Assembly: GCF_009914755.1 (NCBI RefSeq)
Contig: NC_060929.1
Reading direction: 5' to 3' (one strand)
From: the human T2T-CHM13v2.0 reference genome, Homo sapiens
DNA length: 64,000 nucleotides
Numbering within the stretch: position 1 is the first letter of the stretch; every line of letters begins with the position of its first letter. The position numbers were made by a program, and so were the translations under genes. The notes under the pieces were generated by a model, which was not told the origin of the DNA, ran no database searches, and worked only from the letters and a program-made list of their open reading frames with translations. Positions 27,752 to 39,960 of the stretch are shown here, piece after piece.

Positions 27752-28920
27752 TTGGGATCACCTCAAGTTAACGAGCTTCTGCACAGCAAAGGATACAATC
27801 ATCAAAGTGAAGAGAAAACCCACAGAATGGAAGAAAATATTTGCAAACTACCCCTCTCGCAAGGGATTAATAACTAGAATATATAAGGAGCTCAAACAAT
27901 TCTATAGGAAAAAAGTCTAATAATCCAATTTTAAAATGGGCAAAAGATTTGAATAGACATTCAAATATTTTTCAAACAGCAAAGAGGCATATGAAAAGCT
28001 GTTCAACATCATTGATCATCAGAGAAATGCAAATAAAAACTACAATGAGATATCATCTCACCCCAATGTAAATGGCTTTTATCCAAAAGACAGGCAGTAA
28101 CAAATGCTGGCAGGAATGTGGAGAAAAGGGAACCCTTGTACACTGTTGGTGGGAATGTAAATTAGCACAGCCACTATGGAGAACAGTTTGGAGGTCCCTC
28201 AAAAAGCTAAAAATTGAGCTTCCATATGATCCAGCAATCCTACTGCTGGGTATATAACCCAAAGAAAGGAAATCAGTATATCAAAGAGATATCTGCACTC
28301 CCATGTTTGTGCAGCACTGTTTACAATAGCTAAGATTTGGAAGCAACCTAAGTGTTCATCAACAGATGAATGGATAAAGAAAATGTGGTACATATACACA
28401 ATGGAGTACTATGCAGCCATAAAAAAAATGAGATCCAGTCATTTGCAACAACATGGATGGAACCAGAGATTATTATGTTAGGTGAAATAAGCCAGGCACA
28501 GAAAGACAAACATCACATATTCTCACACATTTGTGAGGTCTAAAAACAAAACAATTGAACTCATGGACATAGCAAGTAGAGGGATGGTTAGCAGAGGCTG
28601 GGAAGGGTAGTTGGGAGGTTGTGGGGGAGTGGAGATGGCCAAGAGGTAGAAAAAAAATATGAAGAATCAATAAGACCTACTATTTGATAGCACAATAAAA
28701 GGACTATAGTCAATAATAACTTAATTGTACATTTTAAAATAACTTAAAGCGTGTAATTGGATTGTTTGTAACTCAAACGATAAATACTTGAGAGGATGGA
28801 TACCCCACCCTCCATGAGGTGATTATTTCACATTGCATGCCTGTATCAAAACATCTCATGTACCCATAAACATATATACCTACTCTGTACCCACAAAGAT
28901 TAAAAATAAAAATTAAAAAG
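27752..28920 (+). mobile_element. L1MA1/2-like 5'-truncated LINE-1 (ORF2 C-terminus plus 3'UTR)
   Basis: ORF 28072-28257 '[34 protein letters not shown]' is the ORF2 cysteine-rich domain. L1MA2-type 3'UTR and A-rich tail follow. Confidence 0.92.
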
Positions 28921-29151
28921 TCTAAGGAGGCTATGCTTATTACTAAAGAAAAAGATCCAGTATCTTCATACCTTAATATTTGTTTTTATAAATAACTAAT
29001 CAGGTCCCTCAAAATAAAATAGCTATAGAGAGAGTAAATTGGAGAATTTACAACATAATTTTGGTAAACACACAAACTAATAACTCTGATGAGTGTATAG
29101 AAACAATTAAGGCAATAATTTAACATCGTAGTTTTTTTAATTTCAGTTTTT

Positions 29152-29613
29152 ATGAAGTGCTTGAGATATAAGACCACCTGAATCAACAAAACTCAGCCAC
29201 TGGGACTGAGAACAGGGACCACCTATGTCAATATGACCTGATTGTTTCAGGTAATTCATACCCAGGAAGATAAGACTGTAGGCCAATAATTAACTGCACC
29301 ATTTGCTTCAGGAAATCCTTGCAAGCCAATTTATCAAGACAAACAGTTGGCTCATCTGGGCAAACAGCTCTCCTATCAGAACAACAATGCGCTCACCTAT
29401 GCAAACAGCTCGTCCTCAGGACCTGGCTTTGTTCTGTTCACCAAACCTGTATTTTTGCGCCATTGACATTGCCCAATTAAACCACTTGGCTCAGACCTCC
29501 AAACCCTATTTTAAAAAAATTCTTCCCTAACTTCCTCCTTTTAAGATAAAGTGAAAATGTCCCTTGCTGCAGGAAGTTTAATAAACTCAGCTTCGGGCAG
29601 AAGTCAGTCAACA
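29152..29613 (+). mobile_element. MER67-like ERV1 solo LTR
   Basis: tg...ca ends. 3' part 'cccttgctgcaggaagtttaataaactcagctt...gtcagtcaaca' with AATAAA. Confidence 0.6.
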
Positions 29614-30424
29614 TACCATAATCCAAGATCACAAAATAATTATCTAGTATTCATAAAGCTAGTGTTGTAGCACACTTTATGATAGTTTTGAAATTATTTA
29701 TTGAATACAGCATGTTATGAGTTTAAGAAAAAAGACTGTTAAAAGTTACTTGGAGTTTATAGATATCAGGATTATAAAAATCTAATCACAATTTTACCAG
29801 GCAAGTGATACAGCTTCCTTATTTCTCTATATGACTATTCAGTACCACCTACAGAGAAGATTGAAACATGTGTGAAATGTCTGGACAATCGTCTTACCTG
29901 CTCAATAGTAACTGCTGAGAATTGGCCCCTGGAAGTTTTGAAATAGGCAAGTTTGTCTTTGAAATTCCCATTTTCTCTTCCTTATAGTTGTTCTTCTTTC
30001 TACTCTTTCAGGAAACCAAAATCATCCTGTAGGCTGCTGGCTTCTATTGCTTATAGAGTTGGGTTTTATCAGTCATTCACATCTTAGTATGATTGACTTT
30101 CCAACATTGCTCTATCTTCTCCATCCCCCATCATCCCCTGCTTTAAAATCAAGCCATTTATTCATGCTATCTCCTCCATTACACTTTCTCCCAAGGCATT
30201 TTCATACTAAAACTTTTGTTGTTATTAATAAATTGAAAAGACCTAACACCAGTTAAAGAAATCTCAGAGAAAAACTAAAAAAAAAAAAATTGGCAAGACC
30301 AGAGAATTGCCTATATTCATTCCATTCAAACTGTCCTTTTAGTCTATAAGAAAGGTATTGAGATTTTTGTAGCAGAATGAGCAAAAATATTCAATAAAAA
30401 GAATACGCTAAAATACTGCAAGAA

Positions 30425-31070
30425 ACAGCCAAAAATCCACAAGATGGGGCATTTTGACGGACAACTGGCCCAGACACATCAACAGTTCAGTGTCATGAAA
30501 AAGGAAGACTGCTCTAGGTCAGAGGTCAGCAAATTTTTTCTGCAAAGGGCCAAGACGTAAATATTTATGACTTTGTGGGCTACACAGCCCCCGTCACAAG
30601 TACTCAACTCTGCCTTTGTAGAGAGACAGCAACCATGGACAATATTTAAACAAATAAGAGTGCCTGTGTTTTCAGAAAACTTTATTTTCAAAAACAGGCA
30701 GCCTGATGGATTGGGTCTGCAGCCCTTGTTCTAGATTGCAGACAATTAACATGATGACAAGAAACAATGTATGGTCTTGAAGTAAATTCATCTTGGAACA
30801 AACCAGCTGTAAAGACATTTTGGTTATAATTGGGGCGAATGTAATATGATTTGTATGCTAGATGGGACACAATTTTATTTATATGAAAAAATAGAAAATA
30901 TTAACCAAAAAGCAGATTACTGTACATTATGTAACATACTATTTCATTTGTTAAAAAATGTTTATGTACAAAATTTTAAGCTACATTTACTAAAATGTTA
31001 TTCATGTTGGAAATGTTTTAATTTTCTAATTTTTGATTTTTAAGTTTTTTATAATGTACATTCACTGATT
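30425..31070 (+). mobile_element. Old L1MC/ME 3'UTR fragment split by MER58A
   Basis: 'atggggcattttgacggacaactggcc...gactgctctag|attgcagacaattaac' resembles the L1MC4/5 3'UTR. Confidence 0.55.
30520..30728 (-). mobile_element. MER58A (hAT-Charlie) MITE
   Basis: Termini 'cagaggtcagcaaa' ... 'cccttg'. 8-bp TSD ctctaggt / ttctagat, close to the NTCTAGAN Charlie target. Confidence 0.88.
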
Positions 31071-32338
31071 TTATAGTAGGCAAAGTTCATTTTTAATTTT
31101 AAAAAATACAGAAAGAAGTTATTTACCCAAAACCTTAAAAAAATGACAATAAACTTCAGCGATTAAAATGAAGAAAGCCTTAAAATTACACCTTTCATTT
31201 TAGTAAACTCTTTATGATGGGAATGTAAACATAAATTTTATTTTAAAATATATTTTGTAGAACTAAAACAAAGATGATTCAACTAATAAATAAATATTCA
31301 ATTCTTTTTAACATTTTTTCTAATTTTGGATGGTTTTTGAGACTGTCCTCAATAGAATACGAAATAGACTTCACACTAATTTGCAACTTATAAATCACAT
31401 TTATTATTGCCCACAGGAAAGTTCATGCTTAATGTATGCAATGAATTATGGGTAGCAATAAATGTGTGTCTTTAAAATATATATAGCTATTAACTCTGGA
31501 TTTTACATTTTATTAAAAGAATTCTGTAATGCATTTCTAAATGGTTGTCATTTAACATATCTGAGACTAAATTTACAGGAGGTAACTATTTTTTAGAATA
31601 GTATGGTATATTACTAAGTTAGCATTTGATTTTTTCTACTTTATTTTGATTTTTTTTCCTACAGTAAAATTTGAGACTGTAAATGAAATATTTGCATAGA
31701 TATATTTGCTTGGGGCCAGGTATTCTTTATAAATATCCAGTAAAGAGTTAAGGGAAATCTCCAAGTCAGTTAATGACAGTATACTGAACAAGCACTGAAA
31801 GTTTCTTTCCAACACCATGGAATATTGGCTTCCATACCAATGCAATGAGCCTTCCTGGGTAACACTTTTGACCTCTGTGGACTTCCCATTTCCACTTTAA
31901 AAATGAAGGATTTTGGATGACTTCTTCATTAAAGGCCCATTTGTTACTGATATATCTTACTAATTGTTATGTCATTCATTGTTCTTTCATCTTCCATCTT
32001 TCTCATCATAGGTGAAAAATGCTACAATAAGAAAAGGTAGCTGGCTCCTTCCTTCTTCACCCCAATGCCCTCATATCTTCTATTTTTTCATGACCACTTT
32101 TCTCAACCCTAATGTTCCTCTGCCCTCAACAGCCACGATTGACTTTGTTGTTGCCAGGACTCCGGAGCCCACACAGTTCCTACATTTGTAGACCTACTCT
32201 CATGATTAATTTTTATGTGTCAACTTGACTGAGCCAAGAGAAGCCCAGATAACTGGTATGATATCATTTCTGGATCTGTCTCTGAGGGTGTTTCTGGAAG
32301 AGATTGGCAGTTGAACAAGTAGACTGAGTAAAGAAGAA

Positions 32339-32455
32339 GCTGGAGTGTACCTGTAGTCTCAACTACTCAGGAGGCTGAGGCAGGAGAATCACTTAAGCCC
32401 AAAAGTTTGAATCCAGCCAGAAAAATATAGTGAGACCCCATTTCTTTTTTTAAAA
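32339..32455 (+). mobile_element. FLAM (free left Alu monomer)
   Basis: Single monomer 'cctgtagtctcaactactcaggaggctgaggcaggagaatcacttaagccc..atagtgagacccc'. Short TSD aaagaaga / aaaaaaga. Confidence 0.8.
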
Positions 32456-32731
32456 AAAGATCACCCCTGATGTGGTGGGCCTTATCCAGTCCATTGAGTG
32501 CTCAAATAGAAAATGTGGAGAAAAGGCAAATTTGTCCTCTGTGCTTGAGCTGGATATGCATCTTCTTCTGCCCTCAGACATTGGCACCCCTGCTTCTCAG
32601 CTCTTCATATTTGGAATAGAACTACACTAGCAGCTTTCCTGGGTCCCCAGCTCACAGATGGAAAATCATGGGATTTCTCAGCCTCCACAATCATGTGAAA
32701 TAATGCCTCATAATAAATCTCTTTTTATATA

Positions 32732-33070
32732 CAGTCACATGCCACATAACAATCTTTCAATGAAAATTTGCATACATAATCCCATAAGATTATAATACTA
32801 TATTTTTACTGTGCCTTTTCTAGGTTTAAATATCTTTTGACACACAAATACTTACCATTCTGGTACAGTTGCCTAGAGTATTCAGCGCAGTCACATGCTG
32901 TATAGGTTTCAGCCTAGAAGCGAAAGGCTGTCCCCACATAGCCTAGGGTGTGTACTAGTCTATGCCATCTAGGTTCATGTAAGTACACTCTGTGATGTTT
33001 ACACAATGATGAAATTGCCTAATGATGCATTTCTCAGAACATGTTCCTGTTGTTAAGTGACACATGATTG
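32732..33070 (+). mobile_element. Tigger3a (MER7A) Tc1/mariner-type MITE
   Basis: TIR-like ends 'cagtcacatgccacataac' ... 'gttaagtgacacatgattg', inserted at TA. Body 'cccataagattataatac..tttttactgt'. Confidence 0.88.
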
Positions 33071-33489
33071 TGTATGCATATATATTTTTTATGTATATTG
33101 GTTCTGTTTTCCTAGAGAATCCTGATTAATACGCCTACATACACAAGAGAAAGATGATTATGAATTTCCTATGCTGTACCCTCTTCTGAAAAGTCTCTGT
33201 GCTTGGTTGAACTCAGTGGCATTTAAATTTTTGTCACAGATGCTATGGTCAGATCTTTTTGCAAGGACAGCACGTTGGGGTTACGCATCAGGTTGGCCAA
33301 CTCTAAAGCCTGTCCTGTAAGGTCTACACAGCAAGACCTTACACACATTTCACACACTGCTGAATTCTTTGATGCTTCTCTCGACTCTCCATTTTCCAGC
33401 TTGTGCTCCTCTTTCTGTTTTGTTCTTTTGACCTTGCAGGCTGTAAGCAATTCACATCCAGCTATTTGACATTCAGACCAGACACTTTT

Positions 33490-35262
33490 TTTTTTTAATT
33501 TATTTATTTTTTATTGATAATTCTTGGGTGTTTCTCACAGAGGAGGATTTGGCAGGGTCATAGGACAATAGTGGAGGGAAGGTCAGCAGATAAACAAGTG
33601 AACAAAGGTCTCTGGTTTTCCTAGGCAGAGGACCCTGCGGCCTTCCGCAGTGTTTGTGTCCCTGGGTACTTGAGATTAGGGCGTGGTGATGACTCTTAAG
33701 AGCATGCTGCCTTCAAGCATCTGTTTAACAAAGCACATCTTGCACCGCCCTTAATCCATTTAACCCTGAGTGGACACAGCACATGTTTCAGAGAGCACAG
33801 GGTTGGGGGTAAGGTCACAGATCAACAGGATCCCAAGGCAGAAGAAGTTTTCTTAGTACAGAACAAAATGAAAAGTCTCCCATGTCTACCTCTTTCTACA
33901 CAGACACGGCAACCATCCGATTTCTCAATCTTTTCCCCACCTTTCCCGCCTTTCTATTCCACAAAGCCGCCATTGTCATCCTGGCCCGTTCTCAATGAGC
34001 TGTTGGGCACACCTCCCAGACGGGGTGGTGGCCGGGCAAAGGGGCTCCTCACTTCCCAGTAGGGGCGGCCGGGCAGAGGCGCCCCTCACCTCCCGGACGG
34101 GGCGGCTGGCCGAGTGGGGGGCTGACCCCCCCCCACCTCCCTCCCGGACGGGGCGGCTGGCCGGGCAGAGGGGCTCCTCACTTCCCAGTAGGGGCGGCCA
34201 GGCAGAGGCGCCCCTCACCTCCCGGACGGGGCGGCTGGCCTGGCGGGGGGCTGACCCCCCACCTCCCTCCCGGATGGGGTGGCTGGCCGGGTGGGGGGCT
34301 GACCCCCCCACCTCCCTCCCGGATGGGGCGGCTGGCCTGGCAGGGGGCTGAGCCCCCCTACCTCCCTCCCGGACGGGGTGGCTGCCGGGCAGAGACGCTC
34401 CTCACTTCCCAGACGGGGTGGCTGCCGGGCGGAGAGGCTCCTCACTTCTCAGACGGGGCGGCTGCCGGGCGGAGGGGCTCCTCACTTCTCAGACGGGGCG
34501 GTTGCCGGGCAGAGGTGCTCCTCACATCCCAGACGGGGCGGCGGGGCAGAGGCGCTCCCCACATCTCAGACGATGGGCGGCTGGGCAGAGACGCTCCTCA
34601 CTTCCTAGATGTGATGGCGGCCGGGAAGAGGTGCTCCTCACTTCCTAGGTGGGATGGCGGCCGGGCGGAGACGCTCCTCACTTCCTAGGTGGGATGGCGG
34701 CCGGGCGGAGATGCTCCTCACTTTCCAGACTGGGCAGCCAGGCAGAGGGGCTCCTCACATCCCAGATGATGGGCGGCCAGGCAGAGACGCTCCTCACTTC
34801 CCAGACGGGGTGGCGGCCGGGCAGAGGCTGCAATCTCGGCACTTTGGGAGGCCAAGGCAGGCGGCTGGGAGGTGGAGGTTGTAGCAAGCCGAGATCACGC
34901 CACTGCACTCCAGCCTGGGCACCATTGAGCACTGAGTGAACGAGACTCCGTCTGCAATCCCGGCACCTCGGGAGGCCAAGGCTGGCGGATCACTTGCGGT
35001 TAGGGGCTGGAGACCGGCCTGGCCAACACAGCAAAACCCTGTCTCCACCAAAACCAGTCAGGCGTGGCGGCGCGAGCCTGCAATCGCAGGCACTCGGCAG
35101 GCTGAGTCAGGAGAATCAGGCAGGGAAGTTGCAGTGAGCCGAGATGGCAGCAGTACTGTCCAGCTTTGGCTCAGCATGAGAGGGAGACCATGGAAAGAGA
35201 GGGAGAGGGAGACCGTGGGGAGAGGGAGAGGGAGAGGAGGGAGAGGGAGAGGGCGAGGGAGC
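33490..35262 (-). mobile_element. Full-length SVA retrotransposon (SVA_E/F-like)
   Basis: Domains in order: T-tail, SINE-R (~33515-34010), GC-rich VNTR (~34010-34820), Alu-like region (~34820-35185), (AGAGGG)n hexamer (~35190-35262). Perfect TSD cagaccagacactttt at 33474-33489 and 35263-35278. Confidence 0.97.
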
Positions 35263-35481
35263 CAGACCAGACACTTTTATAACGCCCCTCTCCCTCTATA
35301 TATCATAATTAGCTTTAGTATTTTTAGTAATAATTACAAACTAAAATTATAAAAATGGCTCAAAATGAAAAACACAGTGAAATTTTTCTTTTATGGAATT
35401 TGTTTAAAAAATCATGCTAATAAAAATTAAAATAATAAAATATAAAATAAGTATTAGAGTTAAAAATAGAAAAACAGTCAT

Positions 35482-36655
35482 TGTATTGGGTTGAATGGTG
35501 GCCTTTGAAAAGATATGTCCCATTTCTCACCCTAATAACACAGTCTTTCTAGATGTGATTAAGTGAAGGATCATGAGATAAGATCATCCTGGATTAACTG
35601 GGTGAACCCTAAAGCTAATGATTTGTCCTTATAAGAAGAGGAGAAAGACTCACAGAGGAGAACGCATGTGAGGATGGAAGCATAGATTTGATACAAACAG
35701 GAGACAGGGAAATACTGGGTAGAAGAGGGCCGGTCCCTGGCAAAGGCCCCACCCTCAACCTGGAAACCCATGGCCCTAAATGGGAACAGGCATTCCTGTT
35801 TTTATGCCCAAATGTTGCCTCTTGGCCCACCGTGCCCAACTATCCTGTACCCATATAAATCCCAAACCCCAGGCTCTGTGAGCAGAAGAGCAGCAGAGTG
35901 GCAGAGTGGCAGACTGGTGCAGCAGAGAAGGAGAGAAGAGAAGAAGTGTCTGAACATTGAGAGAAGTTCAGCTGGGGACATTTGGAGAGGAGATCAGCTG
36001 TGGGACAGCCGGACTCCAGGGAAGGTCATCTTCCCACTCCATCCCCTTTCCCATTCCCCATCCATCCCACTGACAGCCACCTCCACCACTCATTAAAATC
36101 CCTGCATTCACCATCCTTCAAGTCCATGTGGCCTGATTCTTCCTGGATGCCAAAGACCCAGGTACCAAGAGGGCAGGGTGTTAACAGCTGTCACCCTGAC
36201 TCTCCGTTGAGGTGGTTTAACACTTAACTATTCACAGATGGCAACTGCTAAAAGAGCATTAATTGTAACACACTCCTAGATGCTACTGTGGGGCTGGAGC
36301 CCAAAAATCTGCACCTGCCTGTCTGTGTGCTCCCCCTCCCATAAGGGGTTTGAGCACACAGTGGCCAAGCAAACAAGCCACATCCCTGTCTCAAGTCCCA
36401 CTAGGGCATCAGGGAACTTTACTGTTTCAGATTGATGTGTCTACAAGACAAAGAATGCCAAGGACTGCAGGCTGCCAACAGAGTCTGAGAGGGGCATGAG
36501 AGGAATCCTCTGTTAGCACCTTCAAAAGGACCTAACCCTGCCAACACCTTGATTTTGAGCTGTCGGTTTCCAGAAATGTAAGAGAAAATAATTTTGTTGT
36601 TTTAAGCCACTCAGTTTGTCATAGTTTGTTATGGCAGCCCTAGAAGACTAATACA
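35482..36655 (+). mobile_element. MLT1B/C MaLR LTR split by MER50
   Basis: 'tgtattgggttgaatggtgg' ... 'gcagccctagaagactaataca'. TSD gtcat / gtaat. Confidence 0.88.
35689..36429 (+). mobile_element. MER50 ERV1 solo LTR
   Basis: Starts 'tgatacaaacaggagacagggaaatactgggtagaagaggg', ends 'tgtttca'. Exact 4-bp TSD gatt. TATAAA at 35854, ATTAAA at 36092. Confidence 0.9.
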
Positions 36656-37040
36656 GTAATGGACTGGTACTTTTAAATTATGAAGAAAGTATTTTTTTTG
36701 AAAAGGGCAAAAAAATGCCTATGTAGTGGTCTGTCACTGTGATGAATAATAACATAACAGTTTCTACATTTCCAGCCCTAACTTTGTGAATCTGTCAATT
36801 ACTTAGTCAACATTGATCTTCACATATTCATGTTCAATGCACAATATAATCAAATTCATTCATCTATTCACAATCATAGTTGATGGAATCACACTTTATT
36901 TTATTTTAGAAAAGCTTCTTGCACGTTAAGCTACAGACCTACAAATAGTTGCTTTTAAAAAATCTTAAATGCAAGAATAAGTTTGGTGGAGACACATAAA
37001 AGTCCTATTTCACAATAAATTCCTGAAATCACAATAGTAT

Positions 37041-37801
37041 TTAAACAGGAAATTTTCCCTGACCCCTTCGCAGGACTTGCAAACAGTGTAGCTCGTTTAC
37101 TCAGCCCACAGCTCTCAACCCCTCACAGGAGCAGGAGCACACGGGTGAGCAGGTACAGGGGCCCCGATGAGGCCTTCTGAGTGCCAGCAGAAGCAGAACT
37201 CTGTGCAGTCCCACAGCAGCATCTGGGGGGTACCCATGATCCCTGGAGACCCAGAGGGCTTGTGTGCTCTTTTAGCTTTGCTATCCGCGGACAGCTTAAG
37301 TTTTTAACAGCTCAGTACGACAGCCCTCTGTATCCCGAGCTCTTGTTCAGCATCCAGGAAGAATCAGGTCACATGAACCAATTGAAGATAGTAAATGTGG
37401 GGATTTTATTGCCAATGAAAGTGGCTCTCAGCAGGATGGAGAGCTGGAAAGGAGATGGAGTGGGAAGGTATTCTTCTTCTGGAGTTTGGCCATCCCCAGC
37501 AAAACTCATCCTCAGGTCCCACCATCAAGCAGTCCTTCTGAAATCAAGCTGCTTCTCTCCGATGTCTGCTTCTTCTCTTCTCTCCTTCTCTGCCGCTCCA
37601 CTGTCAGTGGAGCCTGGGGTTTTTATAGGTACAGGATAGGGGGCAGGGCAGGCCAGGGTGGTTTTGGAAAAAGCAACATTTGAGAGGGAAAACGGGGATG
37701 TAAAGTTCTCACTTTGGGCTGCAGGTCCAGGCTTGAGGGTGGGGCCCTCACCAGGGGCTGCCCTCTTCTATCCAATATTTCCCTGCCTCCTGATGTAATC
37801 A
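37041..37801 (-). mobile_element. MER50B/C-like ERV1 solo LTR
   Basis: Antisense homologue of 35689-36429. Exact 4-bp TSD gtat. Antisense TATA box at 37622-37627 and AATAAA at 37405-37410. Confidence 0.88.
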
Positions 37802-38497
37802 GTATCCATGTCTTTTCTAACCTTTCTAGCAGCTTTCACATTTTTCCCTCTCCTCCTCCCCCAACATTGAAAACTTTTAAATACCAATAAAAATTCCAAG
37901 TTTACGTAGGAGGTAGAATTGAAGCAGCTCAAGTTTCATCCTGACAATTAGAGGACTATGCCTGGTTAGGGTAAATCTAGTGTTTTAATACAGGAATGTG
38001 TAGCATCAGAGGAGTGGAAGACACAAGCTGGCCCTGACAAGCACTCAAGCAATTCTGAAGCTTTAGAAATTTACTCCAAAAGCAATGAGAGTGGCCAAGT
38101 CTGTATGGGTTGCAGGCCAACTGAGTATCTGGGAGTTCAAATTAACTTCCAAGTAGAATGGATTTTTTATTAAAGAATATGGAATGTAAATGTGCCAATT
38201 TGAAGCTTACATATGTATTTTAAAAATTCAACAATTGCAGCAAATGTTTAGATCTGACACCAACAACACCGTTGAGGGGAGAAGTAGTTGACAATCACTG
38301 ACGTGGTTTGTAATTACTGACACACAGTGATAATGAAGGGCAGGCCACCTCTTAGTCCAATTTTACTACTGTTTACAAATTCTCTGTAAACAATGCACCC
38401 CCTTATTGCCTGCTCCCAGAATAGAGCACACTTACCACTCTCCACCCTGCCTTCAGGACTCCACTGTCATGAAAGACAAGAGAAAGGAAAAGGAAGT

Positions 38498-38878
38498 TAT
38501 ATGAGTTTGCTAGGGCTACAGTAACAAAGAACCACAAACTGGGCGGCTTAAGTTCTGAGGCTCTGGGTAGAATCCTTTCTTGTCTTCTCCTAGTTTGTGA
38601 CAGTGGCCGTCAATCCCTGGGGTTCCTGGGCTTGCAGGTGCATCACTCTAGTCTCTGCCTCTGTTACCACATGGTGTTCTCCATGTGGGTGCCTGTCTCT
38701 GTCCAAATTTTCCTCTTCTTATAAGGACACCAGTAATATTGGATTAGGGCCCACCCTAATGACCTCATCTTAACTTGATTATATCCGCAAATCTCTAGGT
38801 CCAAATAAGGTCACATTCACAGGTACCGGGGTTAGGACTTCAACCTATTTTTGGGGAGACACAATTCAACCCATTACA
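38498..38878 (-). mobile_element. MLT1B MaLR solo LTR
   Basis: Ends 'acacaattcaacccattaca'. TSD gaagt / gaagc. Confidence 0.9.
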
Positions 38879-39759
38879 GAAGCTGACAATTTCTCAGTGC
38901 TTATTAACTGTGAAATATTTTGCATTTTTTTTTTTTAGTGGCAGGATCCATTGGGGTCGCTCTGTGTTGACTTTACAGATGATTCATTTGAGATATTAGT
39001 TCCTTTTTAGTGGCAATTTACTGGAGCATGTATCCTTTCACTTTTTTATATCAAACAGATATTTTTGTAACAAACAAACAATAAAAACCTTGAATATCGA
39101 TTTCACCAAGCCATTTGAAAAAGCGTTATGGAATTATGTCTCACTTATTAACATATTTGCTTTTTTCTGAAAGTTCTTCTTTTTTTAACTTCTATATTAT
39201 TGGAAGTGCTTTCAAATTGTCAAAACCACTTTGCTTTATGTTAGTGTTCTAATTTTTTTAACCACATATATTTTACCCTTTTCTCTCTAAACTTTAATTT
39301 CTTGGCCAATTTCTAGTCTTTTTTTAAAAAAGAAAACCACCAATATTTGTCTTTTTTTTTTTTTTTACTTAATGAAATTTTTTCACTATCTTTAACTTCT
39401 CCTTGAAGTCTTGGGTAATTTTTTTTTTCTCATTCAGTTTTTCAAAGGTTGGGAGGCCACTTAGCATAAACTATGAGATCTTGTAAAACTCTGAGCATCT
39501 ATATTACCCTTTTCTTTCTTCCTCCTATTTTTTAACTATGAAACCCTTTTTCATTCTGTGATGAATTTAATGTAATATAGATATTTATTCCCCTCAATTT
39601 TTAAAAACCATTTATCCATTTTAGTTCTTATTTTCTTAACATTTTCACCAAACTCACAAAAGTGGTGGAAGGTTAGTAGGGCAAGAAAGCACAAGAGAAA
39701 TGTAAACCTCTGAAAGGAGGCCAGCCCTTCAAAGGCCCCTCTTCCTACATTGTGTTCAC

Positions 39760-39960
39760 ATCCCTCAGAGGAGGGAAACTACTCCAGGTCACACAGCTAG
39801 TCACAGGCAAAACCGAAATTAGAGCCTAAGTCTGCCTAATCCCAAGATTCTTTCCATTACACTACACCCATTTTAAAGATGAGTCAATGAGCTCAGAGAT
39901 GCCATCTATCACATCAAAATTGGCATAAGAAGAGATGGAAACCAGAGCAGAAGCCTTCAC
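39760..39960 (-). mobile_element. MIR fragments
   Basis: 'ccaggtcacacagctagt', 'cccattttaaagatgag'. Confidence 0.6.

Larger units (their letters stand above)
32200..33132 (+). mobile_element. MLT2 (ERVL) LTR interrupted by a FLAM and a Tigger3a
   Basis: 'attaatttttatgtgtcaacttgactgagcc..gagggtgtttctggaagagattggca', AATAAA at ~32712, ending 'ttggttctgttttcctagagaatcctgattaatac'. Confidence 0.85.

Noticed and set aside
34010-34820. VNTR as a CRISPR-like array
   Set aside because: Units are head-to-tail variants without unique spacers, as in a standard SVA VNTR.
33868-35352. Cluster of overlapping 64-138 aa ORFs
   Set aside because: They arise from the stop-poor, GC-rich SVA VNTR and Alu-like region, open in several frames on both strands.
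37181-37639. 152-aa ORF
   Set aside because: Lies entirely within the antisense of a MER50-family LTR and has a non-ATG start.
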